In this document: one piece after another, positions 1 to 9,131 of the stretch
Layout of the letters: every line of letters begins with the position of its first letter
Numbering within the stretch: position 1 is the first letter of the stretch
Origin: a virus
Taxonomy: Duplodnaviria > Caudoviricetes
IMG/VR virus record: IMGVR_UViG_3300020045_004541
Location: 1-28,669 of that record
DNA: 28,669 nt
Strand: one strand, 5' to 3'
Made by a program: the position numbers and the translations under genes
Notes under the pieces: generated by a model
The model's input: only the letters and a program-made list of their open reading frames with translations
What the model was told of the DNA's origin: nothing
Databases searched by the model: none

Positions 1-316
1 ATTCAACCTTAAAGACTCTATACTGCTCATTCTTGTATGTAAGGTCATCAGCATCTTGGTTGATTGGCAACTCTTCTTTTTGTCTTATCTCAGAGTTAGA
101 AAATACACGAAGCATTTTCTTGGTTCTTAATGAGTCTGGTAGGATTAAAGTAATCTCAGATTTAATACGTTCGTTCACTGTTGCTGTAATAACCACATCA
201 GTCTTTGTAGCAGGAACCCACTTCATGTTCACATAAGTTCCAGCGTTAGCAGCCCTGTGTAACGTAACAGTCTTTCCTTGAATTAATTCAAACGGGAGTT
301 GTGAAATTAAATCCAT
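1..316 (-). CDS. Head-closure / head-tail joining protein (runs off the window edge)
   Basis: Not in ORF track. Manual translation from ATG 316: MDLISQLPFELIQGKTVTLHRAANAGTYVNMKWVP...LPDSLRTKKMLRVFS...DADDLTYKNEQYRVFKVE, open to the edge; follows the adaptor gene. Confidence 0.6.
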   Translation of the reverse strand, partial: MDLISQLPFELIQGKTVTLHRAANAGTYVNMKWVPATKTDVVITATVNERIKSEITLILPDSLRTKKMLRVFSNSEIRQKEELPINQDADDLTYKNEQYRVFKVE

Positions 317-719
317 ACTGCTCACACTCCGTAGTGTTTGTGTACAAGAAAGAAGATCTTCGTGGATTATCTACATCATCAGAAGAGGCCCCCATATCAC
401 TTACAGATATTCCTGCTGCATAAGGTATGAAGTTTGCAGGTATAGTTATTGAAGGATCATTCTGTAATAGCTTTAATGATTCAAGGTACAGCTTTCTATC
501 TTCTGCCCAAACTTCAATATCACCATAAACTTCTTTGGTGGACTTCTGAGCTAGGATGCGAATAACGACACCAGCACAGAATGAAGCAGCTTTTCTTATG
601 TCATTGTTATAAAGTACAAGAGCATCTTCAATTTGTTCGTCTGAAAGCATGGGGTAGAATTTACCACCTTCACTGTCAGCAATTATAAACCTGACCATTT
701 CAACTGGTGTTAGAGCCAT
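288..719 (-). CDS. Head-tail adaptor/connector protein
   Basis: 143 aa; VRFIIAD...LSDEQI N-terminus typical of adaptors; GAGG RBS; downstream of the capsid gene. Confidence 0.65.
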   Translation of the reverse strand: MALTPVEMVRFIIADSEGGKFYPMLSDEQIEDALVLYNNDIRKAASFCAGVVIRILAQKSTKEVYGDIEVWAEDRKLYLESLKLLQNDPSITIPANFIPYAAGISVSDMGASSDDVDNPRRSSFLYTNTTECEQYGFNFTTPV

Positions 720-736
720 TTAATTGTCCTCTGATA

Positions 737-751
737 GAGGGCAAAGCCCTC
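737..751 (-). terminator. Short GC hairpin, possible terminator or processing site
   Basis: GAGGGC-AAA-GCCCTC between two CDSs; no clear U-run. Confidence 0.35.
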
Positions 752-755
752 AATA

Positions 756-1334
756 TTAATGATCACCAAGATTCAAGTAGGTCAGGGTAATTGTGCCGTT
801 CACAGTCAGTGCATCATTACCTGTAGAGCCAGCATCGGGGGTTGCAAAGTTTAAATAAACTTCAGCAGGAGTGGTGGTTCCATCAAGCTTAACTACAGCA
901 GTGGACTGTCCTTCAACAACACCTGCACCAGAGGACAAAGTACCAGCAGTGGAAGGAACGATGTTAGCTTCAGTTGAGGTTAAGGTTGCATCAGCAGTAG
1001 ATACAGTGACACTACCCAGAGAACTAACTACAGCAGAGGTTGCTGAAAGAGCTGTGCCTACACGAGCAATGGTAAGGTCTGTAACAGCACCAAGAACTAC
1101 GATATTACCAGCAGGGAATGTAAATACTCTCTGAGCACCATGACTACCAGCAGCACCAGCATCTGTCATAGTAACTGCAAGGGCTGATACAGTGAACGTA
1201 GCTGTTTGTGGGGCTGTTACACTCTCAACAACAGACACACCTGTACCACTTACAACACCATCTGCTTGATCAAAAACTTCATTCAATTGCTTTACAGTGT
1301 AGAGGTGTCCATTCTTAGAATTAAATTTAGCCAT
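756..1334 (-). CDS. Virion structural protein (head fibre/decoration-like)
   Basis: Probable start ATG 1334 (MAKFNSKNGH) with AAGG upstream; Thr/Ala/Ser/Gly-rich; directly after the capsid gene. Confidence 0.55.
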   Translation of the reverse strand: MAKFNSKNGHLYTVKQLNEVFDQADGVVSGTGVSVVESVTAPQTATFTVSALAVTMTDAGAAGSHGAQRVFTFPAGNIVVLGAVTDLTIARVGTALSATSAVVSSLGSVTVSTADATLTSTEANIVPSTAGTLSSGAGVVEGQSTAVVKLDGTTTPAEVYLNFATPDAGSTGNDALTVNGTITLTYLNLGDH

Positions 1335-1395
1335 TATTATATGAACCTTTATTTTATGATAATTATTGTAAAACCTTCTGATTAGAAAAGGTTTT

Positions 1396-1423
1396 AGAAT
1401 AATAGCGGAGACAAGCCCCGCTA
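1396..1423 (-). terminator. Intrinsic terminator after the major capsid gene
   Basis: Minus strand TAGCGGGG-CTTG-TCTCCGCTA then TTATTCT; a second AT-rich hairpin at ~1370-1395. Confidence 0.6.
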
Positions 1424-1433
1424 CATAAAGCAA

Positions 1434-2471
1434 TTACGCTTTTACAACACGAACAACTACTTCAGGCCATTTCAGGACACCGATGAAGTTGGTTTCTACA
1501 GTCATACCAATACGCTTGTCTTCAACAATATCTTCCCAGTAGTACATAGACTGAGCAGTAGTGTTTACAGTAGAGAAGTGATCTTTTGCTGGAGCGAAGT
1601 GCACTTCAAACAAATCAGGAATATCTACTGGGAACAAACGACCTTCACCAACAGTCATCTCATGTGAGTCAACACGAATGAAGGTCACACCACCAAACTC
1701 AAGAGTCTTGTAGTAACCACTCAAACCCAAACCACCTGTTCCCAAACCTTGATTCAGAATTTCAGTAGATTGCATTTGAGCAAAATACTTGTAGCTGTCT
1801 ACAGTGTAGGGGTGACGCTCAAGAGCATCGAACAAAGTACGTTCTGCCAAGCAGATGAAACGTGAAGGGATAGTGCCACCACGATATACATCTTTGATAT
1901 GGTCAATTGCTTCGTAAATTTTGAGCATAGGGTCAATACCCTCATCACTCAAAGTCATAGTAACATCTTTACGGGTGATTGCCATTTCAGTGTAGTAGTT
2001 GGTCAAACCACCGAAGGAATCTTTAGCAGCAGTACCATCTACAACCAATTGCAAGAATGCAGCATTCCATGCGTTAGCCATAGCTTGTTTTGCTTGACCC
2101 ATTTTTTGTTCATACAACTCTTGAACACCTTGGATACGATCAGCAGCAACTACTTGTTCCCAAGAGAACTTACCATCAATATCTTGTGGGAGAATTGCAT
2201 TCTCTTGTGCATAGTGGGGAATTTGCAAGGTCAAGTAAGACTTAGCATTTACATGGTCATTCTTAGCAGCAGTGCCCCATTGTACTGGAGTCAGTTTGTT
2301 ATCAGAGTACTCAAGGCGAGTAACGATAAAAGTGTTGGTGTTATGGTACTGAGGCTTAACCAAACCCAAATCAGACATGATACTGTAGCGAGCTGGAATC
2401 TTGATAATCGGATTATCAACTACACTGGTAAAATCTGTTAGGCTACCAATCTTAGGAACATTATAAGACAT
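1434..2471 (-). CDS. Major capsid protein (HK97 fold, phage_cap_E-like)
   Basis: 345 aa; IPHY...AILPQDI motif and ETN...P C-terminus of cap_E-type capsids; order protease-decoration-MCP. Confidence 0.9.
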   Translation of the reverse strand: MSYNVPKIGSLTDFTSVVDNPIIKIPARYSIMSDLGLVKPQYHNTNTFIVTRLEYSDNKLTPVQWGTAAKNDHVNAKSYLTLQIPHYAQENAILPQDIDGKFSWEQVVAADRIQGVQELYEQKMGQAKQAMANAWNAAFLQLVVDGTAAKDSFGGLTNYYTEMAITRKDVTMTLSDEGIDPMLKIYEAIDHIKDVYRGGTIPSRFICLAERTLFDALERHPYTVDSYKYFAQMQSTEILNQGLGTGGLGLSGYYKTLEFGGVTFIRVDSHEMTVGEGRLFPVDIPDLFEVHFAPAKDHFSTVNTTAQSMYYWEDIVEDKRIGMTVETNFIGVLKWPEVVVRVVKA

Positions 2472-2503
2472 ATTATTCTTTCTCTTTATTTAGTATGGTC
2501 TAA

Positions 2504-2956
2504 TTAGACGGTTGGGTTAGAAGCTTCTACACGGATACCAGCATTCTTACGAAGCAAGCCTTTCAGGTCACGCCAATCATTTGCACTCAAGGCAGCAATC
2601 AAAGGAAGCAAACGAAGTGCATTCTCTTTAACACGAGCATTACGGGTGATAGCAATGCAAGATTTAGCAACGTTTTGAACTAATGCGGCACCAAGGGTTT
2701 TAACTTCAAAGTCATCACCAATCAGAATTGCATATTCATTTGCCAACAGGATGTCACCAGTAGCATCTACAACTTTCCAAGTGCCTGAATCATCAAGTGC
2801 TTTAGCGCGAGTGATGATGGTGCCAAAGGGATAGGTTGCAGTAGCAGTATCAGTGCTTACACTTACCACATCACGAGAGTAGTAGTTACCAAGAGCAGTG
2901 GTTTCTTCAAGAACAACGTCTGTATAACGTGGATCAGAGACAGTTACAAAAGCCAT
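2504..2956 (-). CDS. Head decoration/cement protein
   Basis: 150 aa between protease and MCP; YSRDVV...YPFGTII pattern; AAGG RBS. Confidence 0.75.
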   Translation of the reverse strand: MAFVTVSDPRYTDVVLEETTALGNYYSRDVVSVSTDTATATYPFGTIITRAKALDDSGTWKVVDATGDILLANEYAILIGDDFEVKTLGAALVQNVAKSCIAITRNARVKENALRLLPLIAALSANDWRDLKGLLRKNAGIRVEASNPTV

Positions 2957-2984
2957 TATTATTTACCTTTATTTATTTTATGTA

Positions 2985-3539
2985 TTAACGAGTGAACGGG
3001 GAGGTTGGCTTATCGCCGTATTTTTTAGCAAGGTGTTCTGCCATTGCTGCTTCTTTGGTTTTGGGTGTAAGATTTAACTCTTCACCAGCATCACCTTCTT
3101 CTTCTTCAAGTTCTTCAGCAGCAGCTTGTGCTTTACCTGAAACAGCTTCTAAAGTCGTGTTAAAAAGATCATCTGAAAGCTCTGCATATTTAGCAGCAAG
3201 CTCTTGACCCTTAACATCACCAAATACTTCTTTCAGTTGTGCAAGACGTGTAGCTTGTTTAGTGGCTTCAGCTTCAGCAGCTTTATCATTCTTTTCTTTT
3301 TCAAAAGCTTCCAGACTTGCTTTCAAAGCAGCAACTTCTGCATCTTTCTCAGAAATCTTTGTTTCAAATTCAGCTTTAGCTTGTGTAAGGGATGCTTCGA
3401 GTTGAGAAAGCTTTGGTGCATACTCAGCTTCAATTGCTGTACGTACCTCTGCCAACTTTTCCTCAGCAATTGTAATGTCTACTGACATGCTTTGGTTTTC
3501 CTTTTTGGGGGTTTTTGTTAATTTACTTAGGAAGGACAT
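2985..3539 (-). CDS. Putative nested in-frame scaffolding protein
   Basis: In-frame ATG 3539 (MSFLSKL) preceded by AAGGTAATGGTAATAAA, like the AAGGTAAATAAT leaders of terS and the decoration gene; lies at the protease/coiled-coil boundary. Confidence 0.5.
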   Translation of the reverse strand: MSFLSKLTKTPKKENQSMSVDITIAEEKLAEVRTAIEAEYAPKLSQLEASLTQAKAEFETKISEKDAEVAALKASLEAFEKEKNDKAAEAEATKQATRLAQLKEVFGDVKGQELAAKYAELSDDLFNTTLEAVSGKAQAAAEELEEEEGDAGEELNLTPKTKEAAMAEHLAKKYGDKPTSPFTR

Positions 3540-4418
3540 TTTATTACCATTACCTTTCTGTTCGAGGGCATCTTCAAAATAGTTTGAGAATTCTTCGCGG
3601 GTCATTGTCTTATCAACATAACCAACATCTAATGCTTCATCAGCATCAAACACTTTTGCACCAATCTCTACGAGTTGTTCTTGTGTAATTGGGCGATTAG
3701 CTGAAATATGGGAAGTGAATTTATTGTAAGTTTTATCTACACCAGCTTGTATTTCATCTAGGAAGTCTTGGGTGAACTCCCCCTTATCGTTGTAAGGCAC
3801 TTTCCCTTTGCCAGCAGTAATGAACAACCTCTTAATGCCCAACTCTTCCATGTACTTAGAAGTGTCCAGCAAACTCACTACAACACCGACACTACCAACG
3901 TCTGAGTCTGGGTTAGCCACAATTTCATCACTAACAGAAGCAAGAGCAAATGCAGCAGAGGCTGTAATACCATCACTATAAGTAATCATCACAGCTTCTT
4001 TTTCATCAAGCTTTTTACGGATCAAGTTGGCTGTTTCAAATACACCATACGCCTGTCCGCCACCTGAATTATTGTATTGGATAATTGTATGAGCACCGGC
4101 TTCTAAAAGTGTGTCTACGTTATCAATTAATTCTTCGTAGCTAGTAACACCCTCATCTCCATACCACCACTTCAATTCAGGGTCGTATTTATCTACAAGA
4201 AGACCTGTAACATTTAAAACACCGATACCACGTTCAACATCATAATTTAATTCTTCTGCTGATTTGGGTTGGTACTTTCCACCAAAAGCCATTTCATCAA
4301 CTTCTACATCAGAAGCCAATACTTTATCTACAAAAGCATCAAACTTAACTTGACCATCTTGTGAAAGCATTAATGGTTGGTGTAGAAGGGAGCCTAAGAA
4401 CTTAGGAATTTGTTTCAT
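2985..4418 (-). CDS. Prohead protease (S49 peptidase) fused to C-terminal scaffold
   Basis: NSGGG, ASAAFALAS and VGSVGV S49 motifs; Glu/Ala/Lys-rich coiled-coil C-terminus. Confidence 0.9.
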   Translation of the reverse strand: MKQIPKFLGSLLHQPLMLSQDGQVKFDAFVDKVLASDVEVDEMAFGGKYQPKSAEELNYDVERGIGVLNVTGLLVDKYDPELKWWYGDEGVTSYEELIDNVDTLLEAGAHTIIQYNNSGGGQAYGVFETANLIRKKLDEKEAVMITYSDGITASAAFALASVSDEIVANPDSDVGSVGVVVSLLDTSKYMEELGIKRLFITAGKGKVPYNDKGEFTQDFLDEIQAGVDKTYNKFTSHISANRPITQEQLVEIGAKVFDADEALDVGYVDKTMTREEFSNYFEDALEQKGNGNKMSFLSKLTKTPKKENQSMSVDITIAEEKLAEVRTAIEAEYAPKLSQLEASLTQAKAEFETKISEKDAEVAALKASLEAFEKEKNDKAAEAEATKQATRLAQLKEVFGDVKGQELAAKYAELSDDLFNTTLEAVSGKAQAAAEELEEEEGDAGEELNLTPKTKEAAMAEHLAKKYGDKPTSPFTR

Positions 4419-4421
4419 TCA

Positions 4422-5240
4422 TCACGCCTTATTGCTATTATTGATTGCACTGTTGTTGCCGTTAGAACTTCCTTCACCAGAAGGCATCCCAGATTTCAAA
4501 CCACCAGCGGCACCAGTCTCATTATTACCAAGAAGCTTTTCAAGTTCTTCTTGATCCATATCCTCATCAACCATATCAGGAAGATCCAACCACTCAGCCA
4601 CTCTATTAATATTCTTAGGTGTACGTGCAATCATATTAACTGCACCAAAGCGTTGACCAGCTTTAGATATTTCTTCAAGGGTTGGTTTAGTAACAGCACC
4701 AAATTCAAATGTGGGATAAACTTCTGTTTCCCAACCATTCAATTCAAACAAGTAAGGAATAAGTTTATGATTAAGAACATCACGAATTTCTTCAAGCTTA
4801 CTCTCAACAACTTCATCAGCTAATGCTTTAAGGTTATCTGAAAGAGCAAAGCTTCCGCCACCTCCACTTCCAGCAGAAAGGAATGTTGCATAAAGAGTTG
4901 TACGAATTTCATTTTGATAACGAGCAATAATCTTATCAATATCGTAACTCTTGGAGCCTGTGATACTAACTACTTCAAACTCAAACAGAGGCTTGCCATC
5001 AATACCAGTATCAGAAGGTATTAATAATCCACTCTCTTTACCGATGTGCATGTTACGGAGAGCTTTCTTGAAGTAGTCATAAACTGCCTTCTGCTCATCT
5101 GTAGCATTCTCTGTCATGTATTGAGCAGGAATCTTTAACTTCTTGAAGCCGTGGATGTCCGAACCTACGCCACTTGATTCAGCTTCTTCATAAGCTTGCT
5201 TAAACTTAAATGCTCGCCAACAACCAATAAGTGGGGATAA
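4422..5240 (-). CDS. Portal protein, exon 2
   Basis: Frame is open from 5240 (LSPLIGCWRAFKFKQAYEEAE...) into ORF 4422..5117; GSGGGGSFALS motif; spliced product 497 aa. Confidence 0.9.
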   Translation of the reverse strand, partial: LSPLIGCWRAFKFKQAYEEAESSGVGSDIHGFKKLKIPAQYMTENATDEQKAVYDYFKKALRNMHIGKESGLLIPSDTGIDGKPLFEFEVVSITGSKSYDIDKIIARYQNEIRTTLYATFLSAGSGGGGSFALSDNLKALADEVVESKLEEIRDVLNHKLIPYLFELNGWETEVYPTFEFGAVTKPTLEEISKAGQRFGAVNMIARTPKNINRVAEWLDLPDMVDEDMDQEELEKLLGNNETGAAGGLKSGMPSGEGSSNGNNSAINNSNKA

Positions 5241-6616
5241 CGAAATATTTATACTGAGTCGTTACTTCAATATAGAGTTTTCATTGCTGTGCAACTCATA
5301 AACATCTTCACCAAAATAATCTAAAAGGATCTTCTTAATAGCCTTATTAGGCTTTCCTGTCTTAACGAACTTCTCAAAAGAAGTTTTAGGGAAGGAGAAG
5401 AAGTTAGATGCCTCTCGTTTAGAAGTGAAATCTAAACCGCAGATTGATATTGGTTCACAATTTGATAATGGAGCTTTTACAAAGTGTATATCTAAATACT
5501 CTTTACTAAATACATTAATCAATTTGTTATATGTTAATACTGTTGCTTTACCTTTTAATATATTATCTAACGCAGTTTTCTTGATGCCCAAGAAATTACA
5601 AGCATCTGTTTTGGAATAGAAGCACACACCAAGGACTTCTACTCTTTTTAATATTGGATTATTCTTAACCCTTAACTCAGAGTTCTTAAGACCAGTAATT
5701 TGATCTACTTCTTGCAACCATTTTGACAACTTCTTACCTTGTCGCTGGTAGCCAGTTAAACCATCCTCGCCAACTAAGTTGTTTGTGGATATGGTCTTTT
5801 CTTGTATGATCTGAGCCAGCGTTTTACCACAAGGTTGTTGTGATAACATCCACTCTCTTCTGTACTTAGATGAAGATTCTCTTCTGGTTAGCCCAGACGC
5901 ATCTTTTTCATCCCAAGTCTGCTTTGCTTTTTGTGCCCACACTTGGCTGATCTTTAGACCAGAATCAAGAACAGTGTTTGCTATCTTTTTGAAGGCATCA
6001 ACTCTTCTCTTGATCTTTTCTTTATCCGAGGTCACAGAAGTACAAGCATACGCCATGTTAAAGTACTTCATGTCATAGACACAGTTTAAATTGTACTGAG
6101 TTCTCTTCTCTGTATCTATTAGGTACTGATGGGTACATTCATCAAACCAAAAGAGTATTTCAAAATCCAAATCTTCTTTTTTGGCTGATTTCATTATTGG
6201 GTGAGTGCTGCTACCGTAATAAGTACCATCACCCATCCAGTTATACTTACTACCAACGTAGTAATATGGTGGTGTGTTGTTTTTAAATCTTTCTTTATGC
6301 GTTATCAAATATACTATATGCAATGGACACTCTCTTATACTTTTATATAAGTCTAGACTATATCTTGTAATTAAATTACCCGCCCGTTTCGAGTTCACTT
6401 GAACCCTACTCTACTTGCTTCCATCAACCTTAAGTTGACGTGCTTTCGATAGTCGTTGAACGTTCCGCTATTCGCGGCTTCGCTGCTGATTGCCCAATCC
6501 ACCATATTTTCAAGCATTCACGCTTGCCTATATTTCATGGCTACGTTGTAGCTATGGTGGCTCTAAGGGGTTTCCAGCAATTAAAGCGGTTTATACTCGG
6601 CTCATCTTTCCAGTCA
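5241..6616 (-). mobile_element. Group I intron (IA2-like, 1376 nt) in portal gene carrying a homing endonuclease
   Basis: Exon 1 ends in U (GGT); P1 ACUCGGU/GCCGAGU has a U.G at the splice site; R element GUUCAACGACUA; S element AAGAUAUAGUCU; terminal G at 5241; splicing restores GNPLG^LSPL. Confidence 0.93.
5262..6323 (-). CDS. Intron-encoded GIY-YIG homing endonuclease
   Basis: HIVYLIT...PYYYVGSK...YYGSS GIY-YIG motif; two C-terminal repeats (F.SK..A..F); likely TTG start at 6323 because the ORF-track start 6398 lies in the ribozyme core. Confidence 0.8.
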   Translation of the reverse strand: MHIVYLITHKERFKNNTPPYYYVGSKYNWMGDGTYYGSSTHPIMKSAKKEDLDFEILFWFDECTHQYLIDTEKRTQYNLNCVYDMKYFNMAYACTSVTSDKEKIKRRVDAFKKIANTVLDSGLKISQVWAQKAKQTWDEKDASGLTRRESSSKYRREWMLSQQPCGKTLAQIIQEKTISTNNLVGEDGLTGYQRQGKKLSKWLQEVDQITGLKNSELRVKNNPILKRVEVLGVCFYSKTDACNFLGIKKTALDNILKGKATVLTYNKLINVFSKEYLDIHFVKAPLSNCEPISICGLDFTSKREASNFFSFPKTSFEKFVKTGKPNKAIKKILLDYFGEDVYELHSNENSILK

Positions 6617-7291
6617 ACCGAGTGGATTACCTTTCTGAGGATTGTTCTTAAAGTGCAAACACTTGTATAAACTAATCTCTTTCTCAGACTTCATATTGTC
6701 TGTGGTGGTAGATTCAGGAAGCATTGGCATAGTGCCATATGTTGATCTATTGGAAGGCTTATTAACCTTCTGTACGATAGATTTTAAATCTCTACCTTTG
6801 TCCTTCCAATTCCAACCAATGATTGTGTCTTGAGAACGTAAAGCTAATTTCTTAATTCCGATGAAACCATCATTAAATCGACTGCCACGAATCTTTAAAC
6901 GTTTACGTGGAACGATCTCATGGATACAGAATCCAAGATGAACAAAGGAACTGGCTTCTTTAATGAAAGACAGCCATGAATGATCCATGTCACGCATAAC
7001 TGTCTGTAAGAACAATACTTCATTCTCAAGTTCTGCTTCATAACCTTTAGGAGCTTTTACACTCCAAGGCACTTTACCAATCTTTGTTTGTACATAATCT
7101 ATCGAAGGAGCAATTGTCCCATCTTTAGCCATATCTTTAAATGTTTTAACACACCAAGGCCATTGAAGTTCATAATTACATTCTTCTAAAACACGACCAT
7201 TGATTACACTTAAACCATTGTATCCAACTTCTGTGAATGTGAGATTTGGTAGTGAAGGCTCCGTCAAGGAGATCTCTTCTTCGACTGCCAT
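6617..7291 (-). CDS. Portal protein, exon 1
   Basis: 225 aa, AGGAG RBS; GFCIHEIV and KKLALRSQDTI portal motifs; ends at GNPLG. Confidence 0.9.
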
Positions 7292-7310
7292 GTATATCTC
7301 CTTGTTGAGT

Positions 7311-7318
7311 TATTTATA
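7311..7318 (-). promoter_or_regulatory. Putative late promoter TATAAATA
   Basis: T4-late-like TATAAATA just upstream of portal; TAAATA also precedes MCP (2487-2492), the decoration gene (2970-2975) and the terS leader (10536-10541); AT-richness weakens the evidence. Confidence 0.4.
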
Positions 7319-7331
7319 TTTAAGGGAGCAA

Positions 7332-8765
7332 TTAACGTATGTTTAAGAGCGCACTCTTATTTGATGTGTCGAAAGATTTCATGCCGGACAAGAAACCAAC
7401 TGGTAACCTATTAGTAGAAGCAAGGTACATGTAAGCATCACTAGCAACGTCACAAATATCATCGTGGTTTAATTCTCCACGTTTACGTTCACCTGTGAAG
7501 GCTTCTAATTCTTTGTACCAGAAGTTATTATCATTACGAACTTTGTTCCAAAGATCATTACCACAACCTTTTACAACATAAACATAACCGTTTTGAGACG
7601 CTGCTGAGAATGGCCTAAACCTCTCCAACTTCTTCTGATTAGTTTGTTTAAATGTTGCATGGAATCCCATAGCTGTGAGAGGCTTTAAGAGCTGCTGTTG
7701 AGCACCAAGTTTTGCTTGAACCCCCGGATCTTGAGGAATAATAATGTCAACATTTCTTCCATCAGCTTCAGCAATCTCTACAATATGACTTAACCAATCG
7801 CCTGCACGTACTCTGTTGCGAGTCACATCAAGTATTTCTAAATCACCGTTTCTTTTTATTCCCATCTTCATGGAGACTGTATAGTCTGGTGATGGGTTTG
7901 TTGAACTTGGCATCTTATCTGCAAAGTCCCAAACACGACACACCTTAGCAAACTCCACAAATGGGGAAGGTTCGTTTATCTCAGTTATCCATTCTCTCTT
8001 CCAGAAATTAGAAGAAGACTCTCTAATGTTCCAGTTACCCCATAAATCTCTTTCCTTTTGTACGTCTTTCAAACTCATTAAGTTTGCAAGGTACATAGGG
8101 TTTAATTTAATGAGTGGCGGGTTATCAAAAATAGTTGCTGGATAAAAACAAAAGGAAATTGGTTTTACTTGTTCGTCATGATCGTCGGGAAGGTCTGGAT
8201 TACCATACCTATCAATAAGCTCTTGCTTAGAATCACCCCAACACATCTCATTATTTATTCTTACGAAATATCTAATGACCCCATCTTTTTCTGGATCAGC
8301 TCTGCCTGCATTCTCCATGCCTTCTGGAATGAGATACCAGTCAATCCACTTTCTTAAGTAGGAGTCTGGTGATGGGTTTGCAGTGAGCACCATCTGAGGA
8401 GGAATACCTGCCTTAGAACGGATACGAGAGAATACACGAAGTACGTGGTCTTCTTTTAATTCTGTTGCTTCGTCGATAAGTGCGTGAGAGAATTGACCCC
8501 CACGGAATGATTCAGCATCTTCATCTGTTGCAAGATGTGTAAACACAATCTCTGCTTTAGAGGGGAAGACAAACTTCTGGGCTTTATACTTTATTTGTAC
8601 GTTTGGCTCAAAGGAGCCATATAAACCTTTTGCTTCATCGAATAAGAATCCTGACTTCATTATCGTAGAAGAACTCTTACGAACAACCAGTCCACGGTAG
8701 TGGGGGTTATCTACCCACTTGAGTTGTTTGAGGAGACCATTATAAGTCTTACCTCCACCCATTGC
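7332..8765 (-). CDS. terL: Terminase large subunit, exon 2
   Basis: AMGGGKT (Walker A), LIDEA (Walker B), TANP coupling motif, WDFA and HDD..D nuclease motifs; spliced product 507 aa. Confidence 0.95.
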   Translation of the reverse strand, partial: AMGGGKTYNGLLKQLKWVDNPHYRGLVVRKSSSTIMKSGFLFDEAKGLYGSFEPNVQIKYKAQKFVFPSKAEIVFTHLATDEDAESFRGGQFSHALIDEATELKEDHVLRVFSRIRSKAGIPPQMVLTANPSPDSYLRKWIDWYLIPEGMENAGRADPEKDGVIRYFVRINNEMCWGDSKQELIDRYGNPDLPDDHDEQVKPISFCFYPATIFDNPPLIKLNPMYLANLMSLKDVQKERDLWGNWNIRESSSNFWKREWITEINEPSPFVEFAKVCRVWDFADKMPSSTNPSPDYTVSMKMGIKRNGDLEILDVTRNRVRAGDWLSHIVEIAEADGRNVDIIIPQDPGVQAKLGAQQQLLKPLTAMGFHATFKQTNQKKLERFRPFSAASQNGYVYVVKGCGNDLWNKVRNDNNFWYKELEAFTGERKRGELNHDDICDVASDAYMYLASTNRLPVGFLSGMKSFDTSNKSALLNIR

Positions 8766-9041
8766 CTTTCTGTTATAGGGTTCGTTACACCCTCTGTAAT
8801 TTCTTACAGTGTCGGACTATATCTTATATCAGCCAACCATTTAGGAAGACCCTTCGTATTAACTGATACCCCTCTGTTTCGATTCCACTTGGAACCTACT
8901 CTACTCCATTCACCTGCACACTGGCTAGGCTGTTTCGATAGTCTCTACGGACTGCACAGTAAAGTGCTTGCCACGGTATTGCCTTCAACTTAATGGTCAG
9001 GTTTCACCGTTTAAGAAGGTGTTGAATGGAGGCGCTAGTTC
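8766..9041 (-). mobile_element. ORF-less group I intron (276 nt) in terL Walker A
   Basis: Exon 1 ends GGU; P1 AUGGUGGU/GCCUCCAU; P/Q elements AAACGGUGAAAC and GGCAAUACCGUG; R GUAGAGACUA; S AAGAUAUAGUCC; terminal G at 8766; splicing gives IVYGG^AMGGGKT. Confidence 0.93.
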
Positions 9042-9131
9042 ACCACCATACACAATTATCTGGGCTTCGCAATTATTTAGAAAAGCCCATTGTTTTTTAC
9101 TGGCTGGTTTAAAAGAATAGGCATCACTCAT
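9042..9131 (-). CDS. terL: Terminase large subunit, exon 1 (30 codons)
   Basis: MSDAYSFKPASKKQWAFLNNCEAQIIVYGG (P..KQ adenine-binding motif); start overlaps the end of the HNH gene (ATGAGTGA). Confidence 0.9.

Noticed and set aside
6324-6398. N-terminal 25 aa of the ORF-track 378-aa protein
   Set aside because: This segment overlaps the ribozyme core (S element, P8/P9); the GIY-YIG motif starts right after TTG 6323
5118-9131. Portal and terL as pseudogenes, frameshifts or inteins
   Set aside because: Group I core elements, P1 U.G pairs and terminal G residues give exact in-frame splicing that restores conserved motifs
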